This document shows positions 42,706 through 56,516 of a stretch of 64,000 bases of DNA, piece after piece; within the stretch, counting starts at the first letter, position 1; each line of letters begins with the position of its first letter. The translations under genes and the position numbers were made by a program. The notes beneath the pieces were generated by a model. The model was not told the DNA's origin. It made no database searches and saw only the letters and a list, made by a program, of their open reading frames with translations. Source of the stretch: Octopus vulgaris (lineage: Eukaryota); assembly GCA_951406725.2 (NCBI GenBank), contig OX597817.1, forward strand, positions 18,352,001-18,416,000, read 5' to 3'.

Positions 42706-43111
42706 GATAAATTATCTATGTTTATATATTTGGTTTATATTTTTCTGTGAAAGTTGTGATTTAACCATACTGTAATAATAAACAGGTTGGTTCAAACGTT
42801 GACTTCCACTCGTTAGTACACTCATTTGCACGCGGTTACACACACGCCCCCCCACACAAGCGTACAACTGCCCCCCCCCCCCCACCGCCGTAATTTAATG
42901 ATGCATGTGTGTGTAAGATGGAATGTGCGGGCGCATGCGTGTCGATGTATATGTGTGTGTATTTACATATGTTTATATTTATATGTTTACGTATGTATCT
43001 TGTCTGTATGTAATGCATGTATGTATGTATCTATCTTTCTCTGTATCTATCTATCAAATTCTTCCTCTATCTTTATGCATGTTTTAAACACACCACATAT
43101 ACACACATATG

Positions 43112-43166
<55 letters not shown>

Positions 43167-43171
<5 letters not shown>

Positions 43172-43387
43172 TAATCCAAACAAGAAAACACAAAAAAACA
43201 CAACAACGAGAGGACGTGGAACAAATATAGTATTATTGGACGCTCAGGAAAGAAGGAAAGAAGGAAAGAAGGAGGGTTTAACGTTTCGAGCGGAGCTCTT
43301 CGTCGGAAACATAGGAGAAGGAAAGATCCAGAGAAGGGAAGACAGAGGAAAAAAATCGTCAACGGTACACAACGAGGTCACATTTTG
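43167..43387 (-). mobile_element. Penelope-like terminal fragment within (TA)n, with hammerhead motif (43276-43310)
   Basis: GUUU-CCGACGA-A-GAGC UCC GCUC-GAAACGUU-AAAC; shares tatt..gcgctcaggaa with the 18071 family. Confidence 0.68.
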
Positions 43388-43391
43388 TATA

Positions 43392-43537
<146 letters not shown>

Positions 43538-43538
43538 G

Positions 43539-43647
<109 letters not shown>

Positions 43648-44258
43648 CACAGACATACATATGTATATATGTATATGTAAAGGTTAATGATGGTTTCGTG
43701 CAAATATCCCCTGTTTATTTAGCTATCTTACCTTCACAGACAATTGAGTCGTTAAGAATATACGTATGTACATGTTTTGCATACATATACTTGTGTGCGT
43801 GCGTGTTTGCGTGTTTACGGTGTGTGTACGTTGTGAGCGCGTACGTGTGAGTGTGCCATCGATAAATATAAAAATCTAAAATTTCATTGTTCGAGTGTAA
43901 AATTATTTATTCAAACTCAGTGACTTTTAGCTCATCTATGTACGCATAGAAACCGACTCTCACCCCCCCACCTCTCTCATTCCTTCTCACGCGTACACAC
44001 ACACAGACACACACACACATTAACTGACGTATGACTCTTTCTATTCCTGTTCTAATATGGCTTTTGTTTGGGTTTGGCATTATTGTTTTAGTAGCTTTCA
44101 TTTACTGTGTTTTTCTCTTTCGTTTCCACTCTTTCCTCCTTTATTTCCTTTCCTCAATCTCTCCAACGATTTACTCACTTACTTGACTTTAATATTTTTC
44201 TTTGATTCTTTGTTTTCTCCTGAAACTATCGATTCATTATTTAAGTACATATCCTCAA

Positions 44259-44631
44259 GGAAACGCAGTGGTTAAGGCAGCGGACTCGCGGTCGTAGGAT
44301 TGCGGTTTCGATTCCCAGTCCGGGCGTTGTGAGTGTTTATTGAGCGAAAACACCTAAAGCTCCACGAGGCTCCGGCAGGGGATGGTGGTGATCCCTGCTG
44401 TACTCTTTCGCCACAACTTTCTCTCACTCTTACTTCCTGTTTCTGTTGTACCTGTATTTCAAAGGGCCGGCCTTGTCACTCTCTGTGTCACGCTGAATAT
44501 CCCCGAGAACTACGTTAAGGGTACACGTGTCTGTGGAGTGCTCAGCCACTTACACGTTAATTTCACGAGCAGGCTGTTCAGTTGATCGGATCAACCGGAA
44601 CCCTCGTCGTCGTAACCGACGGAGTGCTTCC
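44259..44631 (+). mobile_element. tRNA-derived SINE, family C
   Basis: 12-bp TSD acatatcctcaa at 44247-44258 and 44632-44643; near-identical to 62902-63286. Confidence 0.93.
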
Positions 44632-44953
44632 ACATATCCTCAAATTTATTGGGAAGAAAATTCGGTGGAAGCGATGTTGTGATGTTCATACAAATCAACA
44701 ATGCAAATAGTGTTTTAGTTGCCTCTAAATTATAGCATTTGCATATTTCACTAAACCTGGAATTTAAAAAAAAAACAAATTAAAATCCACTTAAAAGGTT
44801 GAATCAGTCACTGAATCGTGTTTGCACAGCCAGCTAGAAATAGCAGTCAAATCAATTGCATCTCACTCTCTTAAAAATGTGTCTCACTCTCTTAAAAATG
44901 TGTCTCACTCTCTTATTGTTCAGTATAGGTTTGTCGGCGGTATAAGATGTGTG

Positions 44954-45186
44954 AAGGCGGCGAGATGGCAGAAACGTTAGCACGCCGGGCGAAAGGCTTA
45001 GCAGTATTTCGTCTGCCGCTACGTTCTGAGTTCAAATTCCGCCGAGGTCGACTTTGCCTTTCATCCTTTCGGGGTCGATTAAATAAGTACCGGTTACACA
45101 CTGGGGTCGATGTAATCGACTTAATCCGTGTGTCTGTCCTTGTTTGTCCCCTCTGTGTTTAGCCCCTTGTGGGTAGTAAAGAAATA
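44954..45186 (+). mobile_element. SINE, family B
   Basis: TSD ggtataagatg(t/c)gtg at 44939-44953 and 45187-45201. Confidence 0.93.
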
Positions 45187-45432
45187 GGTATAAGATGCGT
45201 GTCACGGATAGATGGTACCTTTGGTATGAACTCTGTCTATTTATTTTCATATCAGTTCATCTGTTCGATCCTATCTGGTTCCCACCTGGATCCCATTTCA
45301 CATCCATCTCTCACCACTGACTCTATGAGATGTCTGAACGAGGCGGGGCTGCTCCTTCTTCGTAAAGGCACCAATAAAAATGCAGGTTGAGGAGAATCGA
45401 CGGGTCTTAAACTCTCAATAAAATATTTTAAG

Positions 45433-45779
45433 TGGAGGCGCGTGGCTTAGTGGTTAGGGTGTCAGCATCATGATCGTAAGGTTGTGCTGTCGATTCCTGG
45501 ACCAGGTGATGCGTTGTATTCTTGAGCACAACACTTCATTTCACGTTGCTCCAGGCCACTCAGCTGGCAAAAACGAGTAACGTTGCGATGGACTGGCGTC
45601 CCGTCCAGCTGGGGAACACATGCGCCATTGAAATCGGGAAACCGGGCCCATGAGCCTGGTTAGGCTTTAAAAGGGCGCATTTCGATGGACTGGCGTCCCG
45701 TCCAGCTGGGGGTAACACATACGCCATAGACCCCGGGAAACCGGGACCATGAGACTGGCTAGGCTTGAAAAGGGCGAAA
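45433..45779 (+). mobile_element. tRNA-derived SINE, family D, with duplicated 3' tail
   Basis: A-box tggcttagtgg, B-box gtcgattcc; about 95-bp tail repeated at 45585-45680 and 45683-45776; TSD aaaatattttaag at 45420-45432 and 45780-45792. Confidence 0.88.
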
Positions 45780-46188
45780 AAAATATTTTAAGGCCTTGTA
45801 ATAATACTCAAATGTGGAGAGGAAATCCAACGATGCAGTCAAATTATAACAGACTGATAGGCAATATCTAGCAATGATACGTCTAAACGCGTTTTTCTTT
45901 TTAGAGCATTATAGATGGCCTTGGTCATTCCACTGCAACCCTGCAATACCTTAGATAGCAAGGCATTCTTCGGTCGATTTTCTACCGTTGACTGGCGCAG
46001 CCTGTTCCATAAAGTCAAGAGCCCGACGTCTTGAATGCGTTGCAGCGACCAAGGTATCACTACCATCTGCAACAATAAAACAGTGCCACTTCCATAATAA
46101 CTTTACTTGTTAGAACACACTATATATAGACGAGAGCATCGGGATTTTGTGGCCACGCGAGCTGTGTAGTTCTCTGTTGGTAATGTAC

Positions 46189-46247
<59 letters not shown>

Positions 46248-46411
46248 ACACAAACACAAACACACACATACACACACAGGCACACACACATACACTCACA
46301 CACATGTTAACAAACATATATATATATGGCTATACACACATACACATATATACTTACATATATATGCACACATATATTTATGCATATATAGACACACATG
46401 TATATACACGC

Positions 46412-46468
<57 letters not shown>

Positions 46469-46471
<3 letters not shown>

Positions 46472-47706
46472 GGTACGTAAGATATTTGAAGAAAAACATG
46501 TTTATAAAAACACAGATATATAATAACAGATAATAACTATATTTACCAAAAATGCTATAAAGATAAAAATAAACCTTCTTTTCTGTAATGTTATTCAATA
46601 AAGCCAACTTCAGCTTCAACAACTGCTTCTATGTGTGATTTAAATCCTCTACATGCTCGAATCAAGTGGTCCCGGTTCAATTTGGACATTACTCTGACTA
46701 TGGTGCTATGGGCCTGTTCATTGACCTCTCTCCCAACAACGCTCCACATTTAATAGCGCAATGGATTGCGATCCGGGAAATCAGGAGGCGAAATGTTAAG
46801 AGTAATGTGATCATGAAAATTTTCAGTCATCCATTCCTGTGTCACTAGAGTCATGTGTGATAGGGCAGAGAGTTACTGAAACACATATGGCCTTCCATTG
46901 CATACACTGTCTATCCAGGGCTTAACAATTGTTACCAGGACCTCAATGTAGGCGTCAGAGTCATCTCTAAGGCCTTATGGAAAGAAATAAGAAGGGGTCA
47001 CATGTCCTTCATTGCTGATAAAACCCCTAAAACCAAGATAGTTGCAGGAAATTTTGTATGCATAACACTTGGAAGTCCAGCAGGGTCTGTACATAACAAC
47101 CTGTCATTTCTTCTGTTAACTTTTTGATCTTGGTCGAAGTTTTTCTCATTTGAGGAAAACCAAATGAAATCTTTTTCTGCTGGATTTTTCAGTTTGTTTA
47201 GGAATCTTTTAGATCTGATGTAGTGATTTTCTTTTGCTTTTTCTGCCAAATTGATTTTTCCTCATCATATTAGACTTATATCTGATGTCTTCGTGGACAA
47301 CATTTCTAACTGTTCCTCCCATCAAATGGCGATCTTTTGCCGTTGACCTCATGGAATTTCTGGGATTGTAATCAATTGTCTGTTGAACTTTTTGGATAAA
47401 TTCAAATGTTTGCATTATTTCATAGCGTTTAGAATGTTTTTTTATGCTTTGATACTGGTGATACGTTTCCATATTCAGTCTCTATCTCCTTACTTTGTAG
47501 ACGAAATACCTGGCAACTTTTAAAAATCAAGATATTTCTAAATCACTGTGTTCAGCCTCGATAACCGCAATAACAGCATGCATCTTCATTTCTTAAGTAA
47601 GCTGTGGGTCTGCCATTATTATTTTCTAAAACAAAATTATAGTGTTAGCAAAAAATGCAGCAATGACCCCCAAAAAGGTATGTCCTCAAATACCTTACGC
47701 ACCCTG
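46469..47706 (-). mobile_element. Full-length decayed maT/DD37D-type Tc1/mariner transposon
   Basis: Imperfect TIRs cagggt(a/g)cgtaag(a/g)tatttga(a/g)ga at both ends with TA flanks. Peptides WFSSNEKNFDQDQKVNRRNDR..MHTKFPATILVLGV and YVFQ*LSA...PDRNPLRY, with 37 residues between the (mutated) catalytic positions. Confidence 0.88.
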
Positions 47707-47758
47707 TATATACACATATACATTTATAAATGTATATGTACAAATGTATATGCTCACA

Positions 47759-47806
<48 letters not shown>

Positions 47807-47868
47807 CATATATATATACACACATATATACATACACACACACACACACATATATAATTACACATTCA

Positions 47869-47940
<72 letters not shown>

Positions 47941-48197
47941 AATCTATCTATATACATGTATAGATATATATCCGAGTTTGTAAGATTGTATGTAGAAAAA
48001 TATATTAATCAATGAAATTCCGACCCAGTCTGATTTTCACATTTCGTTTATCTTTTATTTGTTTCAGTCATTTTTTGCAGACTGAGGCCATGTTGGGAGT
48101 GCCGCCTTGACGACTTTTACAATTTTACAATATCGGGAGGTATTTAAAGGACAGATTTAATAATTTCACTACAATTGTCAATTGTGGAACACGACTT

Positions 48198-48282
<85 letters not shown>

Positions 48283-48284
48283 AT

Positions 48285-48320
48285 AACCTGATGATTGCGT
48301 AACACATGAAAGTACTAGTT
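48285..48320 (+). ncRNA. Minimal hammerhead ribozyme motif next to (TAC)n
   Basis: AAC-CUGAUGA-UUG CGUAACA CAU-GAA-AGUACU-A-GUU; palindromic stem III; stem II has one mismatch. Confidence 0.62.
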
Positions 48321-48422
48321 TTTTCACAATAAATATATAATATTCCATTATTGTAATATTATTGTAAAATTGTTAAAATTGTAAACATTAAAACGTAAGA
48401 CATACATACATATATATATATG

Positions 48423-48752
48423 TGTCTTCTACTATAGCCTCGGGCAGACCAAAGCCTTGTGAGTGGATTTGGTAGACGGAAACTGAAAGAAGCCCATCGT
48501 ATATATGTATATATATATATATGCGTGTGTCTGTTTGTGTGTCTGTATTTGTCCCCCTAGCATTGCTTGACAACCGATGCTGGTGTGTTTATGTTCCCGT
48601 TACTTAGCGGTTTGGCAAAAGAGACCGATAGAATAAGTACTGGGCTTACAAAAAAGAATAAGTCCCGGGGTCGAGTTGCTTGATTAAAGGCGGTGCTCCA
48701 GCATGGCCGCAGTCAAATGACTGAAACAAGTAAAAGAGTAAAAAGAAAGAGT
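48423..48752 (+). mobile_element. SINE, family A, 5'-truncated
   Basis: Matches the family A body and tail. Confidence 0.9.
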
Positions 48753-49418
48753 ATATATATATATATATATATATCAATCATACGTGAAAGAAAAGCGCTC
48801 TGCATAGTCAACAGAATTGGATATTATTATTATTATTGATACAGTATGCCGGGGCACAGTTAAGGGTGCAAGAGATTTCGAAGACAGTACTCGTAGACAA
48901 TCGTTCATTACCTTCGTTTCTTGCGGAACTCTAACCTCCCCGAAATAAGATGGCGCTGTTAACTTGATATCAAGTGATTCAAAGATACAGAATTCATTCA
49001 CGAAGGGACATAACTCCTGTTATGTGAAAATTATTTCTAAAAATATTGTTTCTTTATAGATGTTTGATTGGTGGGTTACCTAGTTGTCTTATGCTTGTGA
49101 ATATATGTGCTTGTACAGTTAGTATGCATGCGTGTCAGTATGTTATCACTGTTATGTATCATTTGTAGCTTGTTATGAATATAGGCTGACATGTGAATGT
49201 GTGTGCAGAATTAATTTACGTAGGTGATTAAGGTGGATAGTATTGGTTGGGTGTTGAAGTTGTGTGGTTATTCCACTATATTTTCCTGCAGATAGGAGGG
49301 GGTGACTTGATGTGCAAGCATCCTTTGAAGATATCACTGTCATTGTTCAGGTATATATTATTGGATTTTACCACCACCACCACCACCACCACCAGCAGCG
49401 AGGCAGAGAGAGAAAGAA

Positions 49419-49467
<49 letters not shown>

Positions 49468-49848
49468 GATAAAGTATGTACCAAAGGAAAACAGAAAGCA
49501 ATAGATTTACTAATAAAAAATATAAGCACAACTTGTTAACATACTCTTTGAATACCTTCAGCGACTTTAGCATAAGCCGAGGGATATCTTTGACAAGATA
49601 AAAGCAGAAATCACTTCTACTCTAATGCCAGAAAATCAGTGATCAGAGCCACAGTAATAATAGGCTTTGGAAATATGATTAGACGAAATACGAACCAAAT
49701 GTTCTTCTGGTGAAATCGCAGGAAAGGACGAGGTAATAATTGCAAACGCTTATTAAACCACAGAAAAGCATACTTGCATGTTAGCTGGGAATCGAAATCA
49801 AATATCGAAAATCATTTACCAAAAATTCACTACTACTACTACTACTAT

Positions 49849-49910
<62 letters not shown>

Positions 49911-50020
49911 TTAATGATGATAATAGTGCGAATGGTTTTGTTAGGCGGTGTCGAGTTTTACAATTCTGTAAAAAATAATGATGGTAATTTTTTTATAAGC
50001 TTAAAGTCTAATAATGGGAC

Positions 50021-50051
<31 letters not shown>

Positions 50052-50104
50052 TATTATTATTATTATTGTTGTTGTTTCAAATTTTTGTCATCAGAGTAGC
50101 TAGG

Positions 50105-50359
50105 GGGAATTTGAACTCAGAACTAGTGACGGGCAAAATACCTATTTCTTTACTACCCACAAGGGGCTAAACACAGAGAGGACAAACAAGGACAGACAAA
50201 CGGATTAAGTCGATTACATCGACTCCAGTGCGTAGCTGGTACTTATTTAATCGACCACGAAAGGATGAAAGGCAAAGTCGACCTCGGTGGAATTTGAACT
50301 CAGAATGTACCGCTAAGCATTTCGTCCGGCGTGCTAATGGTTCAGCCAGCTCACCGCCT
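50105..50359 (-). mobile_element. SINE, family B, plus partial second unit
   Basis: Tail gaaataggta continues into ttttgcccgtcac..ttctgagttcaaattcc. Confidence 0.85.
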
Positions 50360-50379
50360 TAATAATAATGATGATGATG

Positions 50380-50429
<50 letters not shown>

Positions 50430-50614
50430 TATGATAATGATAATAATAATAATAATAATAACAACAACACATGGTATATCACGTTGCGCATAGTGACAAG
50501 ATTTTCCAAATTAAATTTATATATGTGTATATATATATTCTATTATTCTATTATATGTTACAGCCCTAAAGCTGTGGCCATGCTGGGCACCGCAAGTGTA
50601 ATCACCTTTTAATT

Positions 50615-51502
50615 GGCCAATTCTATGTGACTGGCTTTTGGTGAAGGAGGGTGTTCGTTACTGCTGCTCTCTTTTGAGTCTCTGTTCATATTGGTTCATC
50701 TGGCAACTTGGATAGCAAGAGGTCAAGTTGTTTCTTGAAAACATCTACCCCATCCCACTGCATGGATATCCTTGAGATGTTTTGGCAAGTCGTTAAATAG
50801 CTGTGGACCTTTGAATCCCAAGCTGCTGCAGTACATTGTCCTCATCTTAGATGGACCAGTTGAGACTTTTAGAATAGTGCAGTGATCTCCAGTTCGAGTT
50901 GTGGTATAACTTACAATTCCAAAGTTTGGTGTCAGCCCCTCCAGTATCTTCCACACATATATCACTGCTTACTTCTCCCTTCTTCGCTCCAGGGAGTAGA
51001 GTCGTAGCTCTTTCAGTCTCTCAGTAGCTCATCTGTTCAATCTTCCTTGTATAGCATCGCTGAACCGCCTGGAGTTCCGCTATTAATCTGACACTGTAAG
51101 GTAACCACAGTTGAGAACAGTGGTCCAGACAGCTGAGGACAAATATCCTCCATAGGACCAGCATAGTATCCTGGTCCCTTGTTCTGAAGGTTCTCAGAAT
51201 CCATCCGGCCATTCGCCTGCACACTACCACCATCTTGGTGATATGCATGTGAAACAAGGCATCATTGCTCCTATCAATCCCAAGATCACACACCGTATGT
51301 GATTCTGGGATTGCGGACCCTTTTGTTCTAAAGTATCGTTGTTGCAACTTCTGAGCACCAATTAGCTGGTAGCGAAGGTCCTGGAATTTGTCTGCATTAA
51401 ATTGAATGTTGCCGTCAACCCATTTATATATGACATTTAAGTCTTTCTGTAGAATATTAGCACAAGGAGGTTCCTTAACTGCTTGTAATACTTTTGTGTC
51501 GT
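50615..51502 (-). mobile_element. CR1-clade LINE, RT C-terminal half (5'-truncated)
   Basis: DDTKV..LQKDLNVIYKW..FNADKFQ..DLGI..WILRTFRTRD..LDHCSQLW..VQR..LYSLERRRE..IYVWKILEG. Confidence 0.92.
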
Positions 51503-51522
51503 CTTGTTGTAAAAGTTGCTGC

Positions 51523-51523
<1 letters not shown>

Positions 51524-51553
<30 letters not shown>

Positions 51554-51714
51554 CTTCTTCTTCTTCTTCTTCTTCTTCTTCTTCTTCTTCTTCTTCTTCT
51601 TCTTCTTCTTCTTCTTCTTCTTCTTCTTCTTCTTCTTCTTCTTCTTCTTCTTCTTCTTCTTCTTCTTCTACTACTTCTACTTTTTCTTCTTCTTCTTCTT
51701 CTTCTTCTTCTTCT
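51524..51714. repeat. (CTT)n microsatellite
   Basis: Directly visible. Confidence 0.97.
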
Positions 51715-51967
51715 TTTATATAACTGACATTCCTACTTGCAATATTGCAGAGGTAAGACGCAATCCTTTTGTTTCCAACCATGCCTGTGTTAATTTTTGT
51801 GGCTTCGGATGTTTTGACTCTTATTTTCAGCAAAGCTGGTGCTTATAAAAAGCGCCCTTGTTATATATAATTGTTTTGTATATATCTATTAATTTTACCT
51901 ATACGGTTTTAGCTTGCTGCCACTAATATTAATATCTCTCATGAATATTAATGTTCTTTTTATATGA

Positions 51968-52325
51968 ATGGCTGCGTGGTAAGAAGCTTTCTTTCCAACC
52001 ACATGGTTCCGGGTTCAGTCCCACAGCGTGGTACCTTGGACAAGTGTCTTCTACTATAGTCTCGGGCCGACCAAAGCCTTGTGAGTGGATTTGGTAGATG
52101 GAAACTGAAAGAAGCTCATCGTATATATATATGTGTGTGTATGTGTATATGTTTGTGTGTCTGTGTTTGTCCCCACCTCACCATCGCTTGACAACCGATG
52201 CTGGTGTGTTTACATCCGCATAGAATAAGTACTGGGCTTATAAAGAATAAATCCTGGAGTCGATTTGCTCGACTAAATGCGGTGCTCCAGCATAGCCGCA
52301 GTCAAATAACTAAACCAAGTAAAAG
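51968..52325 (+). mobile_element. SINE, family A
   Basis: Matches family A with a small internal deletion. Confidence 0.9.
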
Positions 52326-52488
52326 AAAAAAGAAGAAAGAATGTATATATGCATGCATGTATGTATGCATGTATATATATATGTATATATGTATGTATGT
52401 ATATCTACACACACACACATATATATACATATATGTTTACACCCCACATACACACACACGCACACACATGCACACACACATATACGTA

Positions 52489-52530
<42 letters not shown>

Positions 52531-52662
52531 CGTATTTTTGCCATTTCAATATGGCTAACCCCTAAGGGTGGATGCTACTGTAGTTTTTAGCCCCAGGAGG
52601 ACACAAATACGTCACGATGTGTTACCGCTACTGTATATAACTCACTTTGATATTTATCATTG

Positions 52663-52699
<37 letters not shown>

Positions 52700-52703
<4 letters not shown>

Positions 52704-52982
52704 AATAATTTACAAAATAAGGGCAGAAGAAAAATTCTATTGCCAAATATGCCGAAAAAAGACAAAATTGTCAATAACCATTATAATTTATGCGTCTCGA
52801 AACAATTTCTTATGAATTAACACCGAAATTGGGACCAATGCGGTAATAACGGATTTTTAAAAAATTTTTATCGGTTTGTTTCGAGACGCATAAATTATAA
52901 TGGTTATTGACAATTTCGTCTTTTTTTCAGCATATTTGGCAATAGAATTTTTCTTTTACCCTTATTTTGTAAATTATTTGTA
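52700..52982. repeat. About 106-bp inverted repeat abutting (TA)n (Penelope-like fold-back)
   Basis: Arms at 52700-52805 and 52876-52982 with a few mismatches; 70-bp spacer. Confidence 0.85.
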
Positions 52983-53084
52983 AATTTGACCTTTAAAGCT
53001 ATTTTTTGATATGCTGGCTATTGATAAAATTTTTTTCCCGAAAAAAATGTATTATATAGATATGCATATATATATATATGTACA

Positions 53085-53220
<136 letters not shown>

Positions 53221-53533
53221 TGCTTACTCGTTTATCATCGCTCATTAAAATATTTAAATAAATAATAGTTCTTGCGAACGTATTATATAGATATGCCTTT
53301 ATTTAAATTGAGAAGTAATGGTTGTTACCACCTCAACATGGTTGTTCCACACAGAACAAAGTTACAACTCTTTCTAATCTTGGGAGGACATCTTTTCCAG
53401 TTGGTTAACGCCACATTAAATGTGTTTCATTATTTTTATTATCGACCACGTGATGTATTGCACTCTACCTCCCTTTAGTCTCCAGAGTAGATCTGTGAGT
53501 GACGTTTAATGTTTCTTATTAATGTTTTTAAAT

Positions 53534-53631
53534 GACGCTATATGATTAAGTGGTTAAGAGTGCGGGCTACTAACCCCAAGATTCCGAGATCGATTCTAGG
53601 CAGTGACCTGAATAATAATAATAATAATAAT

Positions 53632-53693
<62 letters not shown>

Positions 53694-53907
53694 TGATGAT
53701 GATGATAATAATAATAACAGCAACATCGAAAAATACCATAGGAAAGAAAACCCAGGTTCGAAATTTTCCCAAGTCACCTAATGAAGGCTGGCGGGTATAT
53801 CTACTGAAACGTTGTGTTAACAACAAACAAGATGAGGGCAAATATCCGTCAATTGTAAATAATGTAAATAACGTAAATAATTCCTCATCTCTTAAATATA
53901 GAACTGT
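53534..53907 (+). mobile_element. tRNA-headed SINE-like element with (AAT)n and a hammerhead-bearing tail
   Basis: tgattaagtggttaagag (A-box-like), ggg-ctactaa-ccc, gagatcgattc (B-box-like), (AAT)n, then a tail homologous to 33249-33400 with a decayed hammerhead at 53775-53816. Confidence 0.72.
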
Positions 53908-54144
53908 GCTATTAATTTAATTCGTAATCTGATTGATATTAGTTGACTAATTTAATATTGCTTTCTAACATAGGCATAAAAGTTTTAAATCTAGGCAAGA
54001 ATGTGATCATTTATATCGATCCCAGTAGCTTTCAATGCGATTAGAACTCAGAACATAAATAAAAGACCCGTAATGAATAATGCAAGGCATTTTGTCCAAT
54101 GCTCTAACGTTTCTGTCAATCCACGAATTATATTGGTTACTCGA

Positions 54145-54546
54145 AGGCGGCGATAGTACGCCGGGCGAAATGCGTAGCTGTATTTCGTCTGCCGTTACGT
54201 TCTGAGTTCAAATTCCCCCGAAGTCGACTTTGCCTTTTATCCTTTCCGGGTCGATAAATTAAGTACCAGTTACGCACTGGGGTCGATGTAATCGACTTAA
54301 TCCGTTTGTCTGTCCTTGTTTGTCCTCTCTGTGTTTAGCCCCTTGTGGGTAGTAAAGAAATAGGTATTTCGTCTGTCGTTACGCTTTGAGTTCAAATTCC
54401 GCCGAAGTCGACTTTGCCTTTCTTCCTTTCGGCGTCGATAAATTAAGTACCAGTTACGCACTGGGGTCGATGTAATCGACTTAATCCGTTTGTCTGTCCT
54501 TGTTTGTCCTCTCTGTGTTTAGCCCCTTGTGGGTTGTAAAGAAATA
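54145..54546 (+). mobile_element. Head-to-tail dimeric family B SINE
   Basis: The second unit restarts at ggtatttcgtctg (54363); a single 16-bp TSD tatattggttactcga at 54129-54144 and 54547-54562. Confidence 0.92.
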
Positions 54547-56194
54547 TATATTGGTTACTCGATGTATACATCAGTACAAACTATATTTATTCAATGGTAT
54601 ATAATGCGTTGGTCATTGAGAGTTAAGTGTATTTGTCATTGATAGTGTGCAAGAGGCTTCAATTAGTAGCACCTATACGGTACAAGTGCCGATAATTTGT
54701 ATTTTATGATAAACGATGTTCTGTGGCTATGGCTAACATATATATTTCTAAAAGATTTAGTGCATACTGTACGTGTGTGACGCATGATGGACAGTTCTGC
54801 CATAGTAAAAACTAATGATTGTTTCTAAGGCTGTATAACTACGAAGTTCTACATTCTTATCAGTTTTGCCCACAATGGAAACCCAAATCTCTTTTAGTTC
54901 TATCATTGACCACCACGACCACGGCCACCACCACGACAACCATCACTATCACCACAGTTATTGTTCTAGAATGGAAAGGAATAAGCAGTAATGGATATAA
55001 AATAGTGGTTGTGAATATGATAACATGCAAACATTCACACTAAGGCTCTTCACTTTGTAGTTCTATACCTTAACGCATACAGCCACCGGTGGCTTCCCCT
55101 CAGCGTGCAATAGTGCATGAAAAATAATTAAATATCTATCGCGTATGTAAAAGTTTTATTTATACATATGCTTCACAAGTAAGATTTCGTAACTTAAGAC
55201 TTTGGACCATAAATTTACTAATAAAATCGAAAACAAACACTACAGAGCACATCCTATCCCCCACCACATACAAAAAAAAAACAACAAAACGAACAGAAAA
55301 TGATGAATAAATAAAATATGATGCTCTCATTTTCCCCAACATCCACAAAGAATATAACAGAATACTTTGTGGTGATTCTTTAAGTTTTTAAACGATAGCA
55401 AAAAAAAAAAAAAATCTTAGGAAGAAGTAACAGAAAAACAAAAAAACCAAAAACAAAAACAAAAAATAAAAAACTATACTTATAAAATATAGCAAATGCA
55501 ACAAGGCTTCAGTTAACATATATTCTTCAATACCATTATTAACTCTGGGAAATACTTACCAAACTCTATAGTATATAATAGGAAGTATTTATGATTTGTC
55601 GAGTGATTTACCAGAATTTCTTGGCTTGCTTTATGTCTGTTTGGCTCACTTCAACCGTGCCAAAAGTTAAGTTGCTTGTACATTCTTATTTCCGTGTGGT
55701 TTCCTAGCACCCTGATACCGTTTTAGGCCTTTTCTACTCTGATGACGCTTTTTTGTTTCCTCGTCTTTTATATCTCATATGTATTTTATCTACTAGAGCA
55801 ATAGAAGAACACTTCCTTCATCTTTTTTCACCATCTTTTCATTTAACTGCCCACTTCTTTCTTCGTTCGTATTTTCATCATTCTTTTCCTCTCGCCCCTC
55901 CTCCCCCTCCTCCTCCTCGTCATCACCATCATAACAAAATATAGTACACAATGTGAATATGTGAATTATTATGTATGTATGTATACATTAATAGATACAT
56001 ACATAAACACACACGCGCATGCACACAGACACACACATTACACACGCATATATATCTATGTATATGAATATGTGCTTCCTTAGGCATATAGCTATACACA
56101 AACAACCACACAGCACAATAGATACATTCTCGTAGACATATACATATACATAAGTGTATATATATATATATTTATATACATATACGTACGTGTA

Positions 56195-56313
<119 letters not shown>

Positions 56314-56442
56314 TATATATACATAGAGCAAAAGAAATCAACTTCAAGAAAACCTGTATGCACAAATAGTATTAATGTTTAGACATATGGTCTCACATAG
56401 ATATTTTGTGAGTGTGTTTAAATATATATATATATACAAAAA

Positions 56443-56516
<74 letters not shown>

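Noticed and set aside
44382-44585. Near-identical 67-aa ORFs here and at 63036-63239, and recurrent FIYRPRKDERQS / SFRLPNPLTR peptides elsewhere
   Set aside because: These are translations of SINE copies bounded by TSDs.
51021-51833. 270-aa ORF with poly-E fused to an RT-like sequence
   Set aside because: Chance in-frame join of a (GAA)n microsatellite to a CR1 fragment truncated at the (YA)DD motif; not a gene.
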